Below are positions 37,625-48,399 of a stretch of DNA of 64,000 nucleotides, in pieces. The notes under the pieces are model-generated. The model saw nothing but the letters and a program-made list of their open reading frames with translations, was not told the DNA's origin and ran no database searches. Both the position numbers and the translations under genes were made by a program. Positions within the stretch are counted from its first letter, which is position 1. Every line of letters begins with the position of its first letter. Source of the DNA: Macrostomum lignano (Eukaryota); assembly GCA_002269645.1 (NCBI GenBank), contig NIVC01000901.1, positions 1-64,000 on the forward strand, given 5' to 3'.

Positions 37625-38325
37625 ATCAAGTTATTTGCCTGAAGTCCATCGTCCATAATTGTGTCTTGCCTAAGTTGTTTACAAATGTAATTGTGTATAC
37701 AGTCAGCAAATATAATTTAATTAGGTCTAGAATAAAAAAATATATAATTCCATATATATTATATAATATTGAAGTAGTATAGCCATTATAGCCATTAACA
37801 AACTAAAGCATTTGTTCGGATCATGGTATGAAATAAGATGATCATTATTATTTTTATTATTATTATTAATTAATTTTATTACAAAAAACAATTATTATTG
37901 TTTTGTATAATTTCTATGCTTTATTATAACCTTCCTAAGTGCTTGCAAATATGAGTACGTATTATTTAAGTAATGTGTCCTTCAATGTGAATGTCCTAGT
38001 CAGACTATTTATGATTTTTGTGGCAGAATTCTAGTGTAAATGTATTTTGACAAGTTGTCTACTAGTAAGTTAGCAAGTAGCAATAGGCCCCTATGAACAA
38101 TTCAATAAACATTTTTTGTGTATCCTCTAAATTTGTAACTCACTTGTTCCAATGGAATAATTACATGTTATGTGCCATATTATGCTGTAAAAACTTTAGT
38201 TACTGCTTGGCCAACATTACACCACAATGAGTAAATAGTCCTTCTTAGTACATGCAGTGTCTTGTGCAGTTGCTAAATCATTAAATAATAAAACTTTAGT
38301 TCAGTAATCTTGTTGCAGTGACTCA

Positions 38326-40836
38326 ATGAAGTTTATTGTGTATTTTACCTCTGACTATGAAGTAATAGAAGCTGATGAGGAAGATTGCCTTCTTGGCTCT
38401 TTTACTAAGTGGACTATTGAGCAATGGAGGCAAGTGGACAAACTTGAAGAAGTTCATATTCAGGTAATATATAATGACAAGTTGGAAGATTGCATTGTTT
38501 TGCAAGTTGTTCCACATGCCTGTGACACCAGTGACACTGTTGCCATGCTACGAGCTGTGGTCAAAGAGAAGCACTATCGTCCAAGCAAGCTACTAAAGAT
38601 TCTGCCAGATCGTGTTCGATCCAACAAAAGACAGACATTTCCTCCTATGAAGAATCTTGAGACAGACAATGATGCAACAGATATTGATGCTGTAAGTATA
38701 ATGTAAAATAATATTTAATTTAATATTTAGTATACAACTAAGGTCTGCCACGTGCGTTAATATAAAATATAAAATAATATAATTGTAGGTTGCTGATGCA
38801 GCCAGCCATGGACAAGCCAACCGGGGTCCCACACAGAGAAGTGAATCATTGTCTGGGTCTTCTGGTGTTGTTTGCCTCCCTCCACTGCCAACTCTGCAAG
38901 CTTCGGGAATTGCAGAAGTACGTGCTTACATTTGTGTCTATTTAAAAATGTCAAGCATTTATAGTCTTTATGTATTCATGCATTTGGAGTACAGTATGCT
39001 TATTAATTTCAAATTATTGCACTTGGCAGTTTGCCAGACATATTACAAAATGATTGAGACAGTTTTAATAGTTTGGATTTTATTCTTTTCTTTAATTTCT
39101 CTAATCTAACACTGTCTTCACCTCACCCCAATGCCAGGCTAGCGTGACGGCTTGTTGTCACACATCACATTGTTATGTTTATATCTATACACCTCTGTTA
39201 TGTCTGCATCATCTCATTCAATGCGTGTATGGTTACTGTTGAGTATATCATTTCTCCTACTATGTTACAGATTAACGTGCTGAGAAAAAAATTATCTATT
39301 CTAATCATTTCTTTACCAACCCAGGCCTACGACGGCACAATGGCGCAGAGCACTGTCAGGAAACTTCAGAACCGCACCTCCATGGCACCTCCACCAGAAC
39401 CGCAGTCGATCGACAGCCCAGCCTTTGAGCGACTGCACCCTCAAGCAGCTCTCAATTCGTCTGGAAGCTCGACGCCTACTCGACACCCGTCTAGGCAGTT
39501 TTCGTGCACTCCAACTTCAGCCCCAAGAGCCAGCTTCTCGCGCGAACAGCTGCGACAGCCTGCGCAGGTAATTTGTAAAACTCGTTTCATGAAGTCTTGC
39601 AACAGTTTTTTTCAGAACTTGCCACGGTTTCTAACGAAAATTTAATCCACAGTTTTCAGCTCTGCCTCAGCTGGAAACGCAAGCCAGAAGCCAGGTTGAG
39701 GCTTGTGGGTACACGTGGGGATCTGTTGAAGGTAATGGAGTTATTGTTATTGACGCTGAGATAGCAGTAGTTGACAACAGCCGCAAAATGTAACTGGTGA
39801 CCAGCGCACACTCGTTGCTTGAACAGCTAGGTGGATGAAATCGACAGCGTCTAGCTTGGAACTGGCACGTAAATTGAAGTTAATTTACTATGCAACTTTC
39901 AACTCATTATTCAGGGCTCTACTGTCTGCAGCTCTTGAGCATTCGCGAACTCATGAAGCTAAAGGCCACGATTGAGTCGTCCAGTCTCCGGGGAGCTGCT
40001 GCGGCACCCACGCTCGAAATTCCATTCGGGCTTCCTGTCGCAAACGAGGCCGACCTCAACAGTGCAGTCGAGAAGATTTCTGCCAGTGCGGAGGCCAAGA
40101 CTGCGCTGGTTAGTTAATATCTTATGAGCATTTCTCTTACTATTAAACTTCCACCATGCGTTCGGAACTTCGGTACTGTAGACTCGGGGAAATGGTCCAG
40201 ACGCTTTCATGTGTGAATTTTAGACTTCGTTCATTCAGAAAAAGTGCCTGGGCCCTTCTGTGACTCAGTCTGTTCGCTATGCGATGAACGAGCTTCTGGC
40301 GCGAGACTTCCAGCAGCGCTTCAATCGCACTGGCGGCAAGGATGCCCGAGGCCGTGGCCAACAAGAGAACTCCAAGATGTCTTTCGACAAGTGCTTTGGA
40401 GGGATTGTGAAGGGTAGGTTATGCTTTACTGTCGCATATGTACCAATTACCAGAGTTGATTCTTAATAGTGATATCAATAGTGATATACTGTCTGATACA
40501 ACGTACTGATAAATGTACGGGGTGGGTACTGCCATAACCATACGTATTCATGCCGTAATTCATACATGTATTTCTCTCAGGTCAACAGTTGTGGACTTGA
40601 CAACCTGCTTATGTTGTGATTGTCAAATTTCAGACGCGTTGGGCTCTTCATTTACGCTGCACGACATCAATAAGGCAATCGAACGGTTCTTCGATGGCGT
40701 CCGGAAGCGTCGAAGCCACGAGGGATCAGCTGAATCGGACGTGGCCGGCGGGCATGGCGCCCCCACTCCAAGCAGGCGTCGCTCGACGATGCGAGTGCAA
40801 CGCATATCCGACAGCACTGACGAGGAAAATATGTAA
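38326..40836 (+). CDS. Spliced second gene of CMC-2 (~454 aa), C-terminal DUF4806-like domain
   Basis: Predicted exons 38326-38691, 38789-38917, 39325-39567, 39660-39731 (least certain), 39932-40108, 40239-40413 and 40634-40836. All introns are GT-AG and the joined frame has no stop. LPVANEADL, VRYAMNELL..FNRTGGK and INKAIERFF fit the DUF4806 pattern (from memory). Confidence 0.7.
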
Positions 40837-41899
40837 CTTGGTGGCATAGTAAAAAATTGTCCCTTTCGTCGAAACTTCGCGCTAACTTAAATTTTAACTG
40901 CTCCGAGACCGAAATGCTAGTGTAGTACAACTGGGTTTGAAGGCCGCGAATTTGAACAGTTTCACTACAGCAATTTAACGTCTTCAGTTCACTCGCAGCG
41001 CAGCGCCTTACAATTGTTCACTCGATTGCAGCGCGCTTTTCAAACTGGTGCGATTATATTTTAATTAGACAACGATTAAAATAAATTATAATTAATATTT
41101 GCTTTATTTTCAAGGGTCAAAAAAGTAGAAATTAATAACATAATAATGCTATTTGCAATTGCTATAGTTACTATATAGCAACAATTAAATATTTAGTGCA
41201 ATTTTAACAGAACATTTTCAGCCGCACTACACTAGGCCTAATCAAATTGACCTAACAACTATAAAATACTTGTCGAACTGTCTCCAACCTGCACCCTATT
41301 AGTGACTGCTTTGGTGGCCCACCACGCGTTGCTGCAATGTTCTATTTTGTAAACACTAAATAAACACTTATTATTCCTTTCCATCTGCTGCCATTGAGCA
41401 ATTTTGTATTTGATGTAAAATGATGCACACCCGGTCTTTGTGTCATTGAATTTTCAGACGGGATCGGGCTGTCTAAATGTACATGCGTGACTGCGTGTAC
41501 ACTGATCTTCGGCTACATTGTAGCACATGCATGTTTGTACTCGCTTTGTGCTTCGTCATTTATATCAGCTCGGAAAGTGAAACGAAAAGCTCTGGATGAG
41601 TCCGATCGTCAAATCCGATCAGAATCCGAATGGATTTCCCGGGACAAATTTCCACTCGGTTTCCGAGCTGCATTTCCGATCGGAATCCGACCAAGCTTTT
41701 TTAGTGGGGATAACTGTAGTTGGCAAATCGGTGGGATTAAAATTGATAAAGTAAGAAGTGAAAGGCCTGTAACAACTTTGGTGGCAGCTCGTAGGATATT
41801 TAATAAACACTAATAGTTAGAAGTTTAGAAAGACAGAGCCAAAAGGCCTGTCACATAAGCTTTCTCTGCACCTATTCTGTGCTGAAAGCAAACTTTCAA

Positions 41900-43370
41900 T
41901 TTTCCTTCAAATTTTGTTCTCCTTATGCTTTCGGGATAAAAGCAAGCATTCGTTTTGCTGCTAATTTTCTGTACTTTCCTTATGCTTGAGGGATAAAAGC
42001 AACTAATTTTTCTGTCCGTTTCCTTATGCTTGATGGCAAAAGCAGTAGTGTTCCGCCGTAATTACGGCTACGGCTATGGCAAATTACGGCTACGACACCT
42101 TTGAAGCCGTATTTTCATTACGGATTATGGTTACGGACATATTTTGAGCTTACGGTTACGGTTACGGATTACGGAGATTTTTCTAGACTTGCCGTAATTG
42201 GTAGCCGTAACAAAAATTATTTATTTTTAACTGTTAAGTGTTATAAAAGAAATTTTTTTTATATCAACTTTAACCAGTTTTCATTTTGTTTTACTAGTTA
42301 TTATTATTTTTTACATTTGTTAACTTTCTAAATATCTACGAAACTTTTTGAAAATGAAAAACGAATTTTTTCATGAATTTTCTCATTAGGCATACGGCAT
42401 AGCATAGCATAGCGATAGCATGATAGCAGCGAGACAGAGAGAGCCAGTCAAAGCCTACAAGAGACTAAGAATCTGGCATTCTTATTTCTTAGCCATATGT
42501 AGCATTTAGCTCCTTAGCATAAAATAGGATATTAGATTTAGATTATGATGATAAGGGTGAAAGAATATTAATAAGGAAATACTAAATAAATACTAATACG
42601 ATACGAATATGAATTATGATTGAAAATTGATTGAAACCAAAGAAGACAATACAATAGACAATGCAATAAAATGAAAAAGAAAAAATGTAACATGCAATTT
42701 CTTAGTCATCGGAAATTTTGAAGCAGTTTTATTTGAACAAATTCATATATTTATTTAATGATATTAAACATACACATTGACCTTGGCATGTCAGTCATAG
42801 ATTCATATTGTAGCGAAACAACAGAATCACGACACAGAAAACTGAGAAAGGCACAAAAAACAACAAAAAAACAACAATGCTAAAGAATACTTAGATAAAG
42901 ATATTATATTTACGACAAAATAAATGAATATTAATGCATGAATGAACAACAAGTAGGTTTTATTGCTATTGTTTTATCCTTTTTATCTGTCCTTTTCTGT
43001 CTGCCCCACTTTTCATGCAAAAATATCAATTTTTGTTATACATTACGGCTACGGTTACGGCAAATTACGGTTACGGACTTTTTTAGCCCGTAATGACGGC
43101 AAAATTTGGCTATGGAAGTTGCTTCTTTCTTACGGCTACGGTTACGGTTACGGAGGTCAAAACTCGCGGCGGCGGAACACTAAAAAGCAGTGTTTCTCAA
43201 TGTACTTTCCTTATGGTTGAGGGTAAAAGCAACTAATTTTCTGTACTTTCCTTATGCTTGAGGGCAAAAGCAACTAATTTTCTGTCTGTTTCCTTATGCT
43301 TAAGGGCAAAAGCAACTAATTTTCTATACTTTCCTTATGCTTGAGGGCAAAAGCAACTATTTTTTTCAAT
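41900..43370. repeat. ~41-bp tandem array inside Gypsy-A, interrupted by the hAT MITE
   Basis: TTTTCTGTACTTTCCTTATGCTTGAGGGCAAAAGCAACTAA units on both sides of 42046-43182. Confidence 0.85.
42046..43182. mobile_element. Non-autonomous hAT element/MITE (1137 bp)
   Basis: TIRs TAGTGTTCCGCCG / CGGCGGAACACTA, perfect 8-bp TSD AAAAGCAG, subterminal TACGG repeats. Confidence 0.92.
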
Positions 43371-44296
43371 TTCTGCTCCTTACGCTTTCCGGTCAAAAGC
43401 CTTTGTACATGGTGCTCATGCTCAATTGGTGTCATATTTATTCAACGCGACCCGCATTCCTGCGTTCTGATATTTAGCCTTAGGCTTGATGGAAAAAGCC
43501 AGCACCTACGCGACAATTATTTATCCGCATGTGATTCATTAATTTGCTCAATTGCGTGTCAGAAACTTTGCGAAGTTTTATTTCAGTTGTAACCTTGCAG
43601 TCCTTGCTTGTGGCTGAAGGTATCTTTTAATTTTTGCAAGCCAATGTTGCTCTGGTGTCCCAGTCGTTTGCCCCGCTCAGGTCTAGCCACCCTGGCTCTA
43701 GGCCTTGTCCTCAGCGAAGGGCATCTGAGGTGAACGGCCCCTATTTTCTTTGTTCTGACCGAGCCAAGCCTGGGAAAATTTGTAAGGGTGCCTGTCCAGC
43801 CCCTTCCCAGTGCCTTTTGCCATTTTGTGTAACTCCTTATGGAGATCCAAATTCTAACTCGGTCACTATGCCTGTATCTATCTGCTATTCTAATTTTTAG
43901 GAACTACCTATGTTCTTACTATTTTTCTAAACTACTGTTTATGCGATTGTTTGGCCCCTTCTCTCTCTCTAACCGCCAGCCTGTTTATGAGCTGTGTGAG
44001 GCGCCCCATTCATTCATTTTGATTTTGGACCCCTGCCGCGCGGTTATCTATTTTATGACTCCTTGATTCATGCGCCCACCCCAACTCTGTGTGCCACCTT
44101 AGAGTGCACGGGGGTGATGGCTCAATTCCAGTGGTTGAATTTTATTTCCCCTGGTTGGTTTGGAATTCCACCAGTTGGAATATTTTGCGCCCTATTTAAG
44201 GAGCCATCTTCAATTTTATTTTCTCCAATTCTGTTGATCCGACCTGCTAAGCTAAATTTTCTTCTGGACACTTGCATTACGTCTTGTTGCAGCTCT

Positions 44297-44815
44297 ATGG
44301 CTAACAATTGGTCCAACGGCGACAACGCCTCTCCAGAGATTCAGACAACCGCGCCCTGGCTGTCCACCAATGAAGCTGACACCCTGCGGGCCCTGGCCAC
44401 TGCCCCGAGCGGCGCGGCCCCAGCTTGCGAACAGCTCCGCCGCGCACTCAATGAGGCCTACCACTAGGCAGCCGACAAGGGCCGCGTTCAAGTCGACGCC
44501 CCATGGCAGACACTCTGCCGCGAAATGCCACCCGCGACCATGAGAGAGCTCCTTGATGCGACGCTGCGGCGTGCAGATGCCTGCTTTTGTGAGGGAGGAC
44601 GACCCCGGCCTGCCCTCGCCCTATTTGTCACGCTGGCTTACTGGGAGGCGGGCCACCTCCAGAACGGATGGCTACCTGAGGTCCGCCAGTTCTGGGAGGC
44701 CGCCATCGAGAGGCACCCGGAGCAGCTCTACTTCGACGGGCGGCGCTTGCAGCTACTCAACCACCAGCCCGAGCCCGCGCGTGGCCGGCCGCTGAAACAG
44801 AGCCGCAACAATTGA
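44297..44815 (+). pseudogene. Gypsy-A accessory ORF3 in env position (172 codons, one internal TAG), function unknown
   Basis: ATG at 44297; the track ORFs ending at 44467 and starting at 44525 share one frame, separated only by TAG 44465-44467. GC-rich coding-like island just before the 3' LTR. Confidence 0.7.
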
Positions 44816-44872
44816 ACTGAGACGTCCGGGAGTTCGTCTGTCTACTGCCGTTCGCCCCGGCGCCCCCGCGCC

Positions 44873-45594
44873 TGTGGTAGGCCGGTCTACCCACTGGGGT
44901 GAACGACGGCAGGCCTCTAGTGCGGACAATGGCGGGACATTCCACCCAGTTCCATAGGATGACGAATTGACGTCATGGTTTAATTTTTGTTCCCTGGTTT
45001 GTTCCCCCGGTTGTTCCCGCCCTTGCTCCCTCGTCTGTTCCCTTTTCTGTTCCCTCCCTTGGCCCCTGTTGTTTTAATGTTTCCAGCAGCCGGGTTTTCC
45101 TCTTTTTTTCCCTTCGTTGTCCCTTCCCTTGTCCCATCCTCTGTCCCACCCCTGGGATCCTTCATGCCAATATGTTATATATGAGTTATCTCTAGAGTCA
45201 TTTTTTCTGTTTTTTTGCTGGTGTTTCTAGTTTTTCTGGTTCTTGTTGCTGTTGGTTTGATAGTTTGTTACCTTTTTGTTCTGCTCCTGTATCTCGCATA
45301 GTAATAATAAGTAACGATAATAATAATAATAACGAAATCATAATAAGTTAGCCAATATTAATATTATCCATACAGTTGTTCAGAATCGAAGCCTTTAGTT
45401 TTCTATTGAGTCATTTGCCCGCGGGGCGTAAAATAACCAGTCAGTCTCAACTCAAAGAAAGCTTAAGAGTACCCAAGAAGAAGACTTAACGCAGCAATTT
45501 GTGCAACTTTCCGGCTTTATGTGCCGACAACTAACCCAAATTTTATTTTTCCCAATTTCAAAATCCTTTTATTTTCTTTTCCATCCCCACCTCA
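44873..45594 (+). repeat. 3' LTR of Gypsy-A (722 bp; lacks the ~200 bp at 16133-16334 of the 5' LTR)
   Basis: Direct repeat of the 5' LTR, followed by TSD AAAC. Confidence 0.92.
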
Positions 45595-48399
45595 AAACAA
45601 TATATTCCTTTTAGAAAAATTTGTCTATGATATATCTTGTATTAGGTGCACCTGGAAATTCAAATTGATTGATTGAACACACAACAAAAAATTGTTTTAT
45701 TGTTGTTGGCTATCATTGTCAAATACATTATGCTTCTTTCTCAAAATTTTGTTTGAATTCATTTCTTGAAGCACATTAAAATACATATTATTATTCTCCC
45801 TTGTTACTGAAGTGGTCATCATTTATTACCAAAGTGGCTGTTAGCAAAGTGGATTGTATTCTAAAAAACATGCTTATAACAACTTGGTTGAAGCAATTAG
45901 ATATTTCAGTAAGAAGCAAAACCCCTGTAACAACTTAGTGGCATTTTTGGGATTATATAAAGGAGAAACCACTGCAACAACTGAAAAAGTTATTTTCATA
46001 AACTGAAAAAATCCTCAACCTTTTTAAAAAAGGTTACCCTCTGCAATACATTTTCCTATTTGAAAGTGCCATAGGCATAAAGTGCCATATGAACCAAAAT
46101 TATAAAGTTAAACTTTTTTATGATCCTGTTATGATCTTTTTACTACTGTTTTATCTAGTATCTATTAGATACAAATCTCAAAAATAATAAATTTTAAACT
46201 TCCAAAATCTTACTAAAAACTACTAAAAAAAAGCCTAGCCCTAGGCCTAGCCCTAACCTTAATTAGAGGTAAAGGCAACAATACTTTTACTCTATACTCA
46301 GTACTCAGTACCTCTAAAAGCTATTTGAATAGAATAGGCCAACACCATTGCTACTAGCATTGCTATTAGGCCTAGTATTAGTTTATTTAATTATAAATAA
46401 ATAGGTGACGCGTATGTTGTAGCAGTACAGAGAAATTTAGCTTAGATAATAAACTTTTATATTGTTAGGTCTAAACAGATTAAAATGCAAGTCTTCAAGT
46501 ATCATTTCAAATACACAATTCTTTTCTTGCGTTATGGTGGTAATACCTATCACATACATGCAATGATGCATCATGCATCTTTCGACAATTGTAAGGTTCG
46601 TTAACCACAATTATAAGAGGTATCTTTGAAAACCGTTATCGATAACTACATTAAAAAATTATAAAAAAATTTTTAGGTATGCACGTAGACTGTTAGTTTT
46701 ATTTTTATTTAATTGGCTTCTATCAAAAGTACACGGGTAAAACTTTTAAACTAGTTGCATATTTGTTTTAATCACATAAATATTTAAGTACCCTGTTTCG
46801 TTGAAACTTTCTAAAAGGAAGTTAGTAGGTCTAAAGTAATTTAAGGCTCGATTGCAATATATATTTAAAACTGTTTAATAGCAAAAGACCAAAAGTTACT
46901 TAGTTATCTTTACAAAAGTCCTTAAAGTATGTAGGTTTAACCTTAAGCCTTGGTTGTACTACATGTAGGTTTAAAAAGGAATTAAAGCTAAATGTAGTTT
47001 AAAGTTTTTAATTTAAATTAGTTTATTACCTAAGTTTATAAGATCTCAATAGGCGGCCTATTGAAGTGTAGGACTAGTTAGACCTAGTTAAGTCAGGCAG
47101 GGCCAGGTGGGCATTGCTACTATTATTTGTGTTATCTATATATAAGCCTAATTAAAATATTTTAAATATTAAAATAATTAAAATACTTTTAATATTATAA
47201 TTAAAAGTAGGCCTATTACAAAGATTTATATAACATGCCATGGCATTATACAAATCCGATTCAAACAAGTAAAGCACATTATGTTTATTTGTTTATCCTA
47301 TAGAATCATTCACCAAATTCTTTTTTGCTTGAATTTTATTGCTTTTTTGTTTTAAAAGTCAAATATAAAACAAGTAAATGAATTTAACTCTTTAAAATGT
47401 ATTGGTAGCAAAATTATTCGTTTTAGTCAATTGGCATATAACATGATATAAGGGTATGTACATATATGGTATATGGGTATAGTCCATTTTGGCAAAGGAA
47501 TTTTTGGCAAGATGCTTTAGCAAAAGTGACTTTTAGTTAAACATTTCAATGAAAGAAAGTGACCTATTTGGCAAAGAAAGTTGGCTACATAAAATTGCAA
47601 ATATATTACTTTGGTGATTGAAGCTTTTAATAAATTTTTCTTTCTTACAAATTATTTGCAATTAGACAATTAAAAAACTAGGCCTAGCTAGCTAGGCTTA
47701 TGTTATACAAGCAATCTATCAAAATGGTGACCAGATATTTCATCAACTGGCATTTTGTCAACCGGCATTTTGTCAACTTGTTTTTTTCTTTTCTTTTCAA
47801 TCTAACTATTAGACATCTTGCTCTCAAAGAGTTCCTATGTAAAGAAATGAATAACCATAGATTTCTATATATGTATTTTGTATACAAACAATTGCAATGC
47901 AAAAATTTTGAAGGTAAAAATGCTGCTCATACTGACAGACACAAAGAGGAAGATATGAAATATAAAAATGCAATTTAAAGTATGCATGCCTGTCACATTA
48001 GTTTTATGACTCATTTCATTGCCCATTAGCATTGGTTATATATATTGCAATCTTACCAGTTTGCTATACATTCATTTGCTAGTTGCTAAACATTGTTAGC
48101 TAGTTGCTGAGGTATAACTTGTGCATTGCAGCTCACAGACACAAAATCCCATAAAGCATGAAAAATGCAATTAAAAATATGGCTGCATAAAAAACTATGC
48201 CAAACTATATAGAAATCAAAACCAAATCACAATAATATGAATGTAAGTCACAGCCACAAAGCTCAAATGTCCTCAAATTGATTGATGTTGGCATGCCACA
48301 AGCAGACCACTAAGGCTAACAAGGTGACTTATGCAAGCTATAAGGTCTCCCATCTATTAGCTTGCCAGATGAAGCCTTTTTTGGATAAGGACTTCATCA

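Larger units (their letters stand above)
34625..41708 (+). mobile_element. Apparently intact autonomous CMC-EnSpm transposon (CMC-2, 7084 bp)
   Basis: TIRs CCCACTAAAAA / TTTTTAGTGGG, subterminal ATCGGAAT/ATTCCGAT repeats, TSD GAT; two uninterrupted genes. Confidence 0.93.
29734..41855 (+). mobile_element. Young non-autonomous Gypsy-derived LTR element B (~5 kb native length)
   Basis: 5' LTR 29734-30500; 3' LTR 34002-34624 plus 41712-41855; TG...CA ends; TSD TAAG; PBS TGGTGGCAGCG at 30503; PPT AGAGGAGGAAAG before 34002; no RT, RNase H or integrase core. Confidence 0.93.
15543..45594 (+). mobile_element. Gypsy/Ty3 LTR retrotransposon A (decayed, ~9.7 kb native length, inflated to 30 kb by nested insertions)
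   Basis: TG...CA LTRs at 15543-16463 and 44873-45594, 4-bp TSD AAAC on both sides, PBS, gag and PR-RT-RH-IN domain order. Confidence 0.93.
13502..45861 (+). mobile_element. Degenerate Mutator-like (MULE) DNA transposon, outermost layer of the nest (~2.3 kb after removing the insert)
   Basis: Left end ggtaactgtccattttggtaacagccactttggtaac...atgaccacttcagtaaca is the reverse complement of 45800-45861 (tgttactgaagtggtcat...ttaccaaagtggctgttagcaaagtgga). A MULE transposase relic lies inside. The TSD is decayed and not clean. Confidence 0.65.

Noticed and set aside
47470-47770. MULE-like subterminal repeats (ccattttggcaaag, ggcattttgtcaac)
   Set aside because: No partner inverted end or TSD could be identified.
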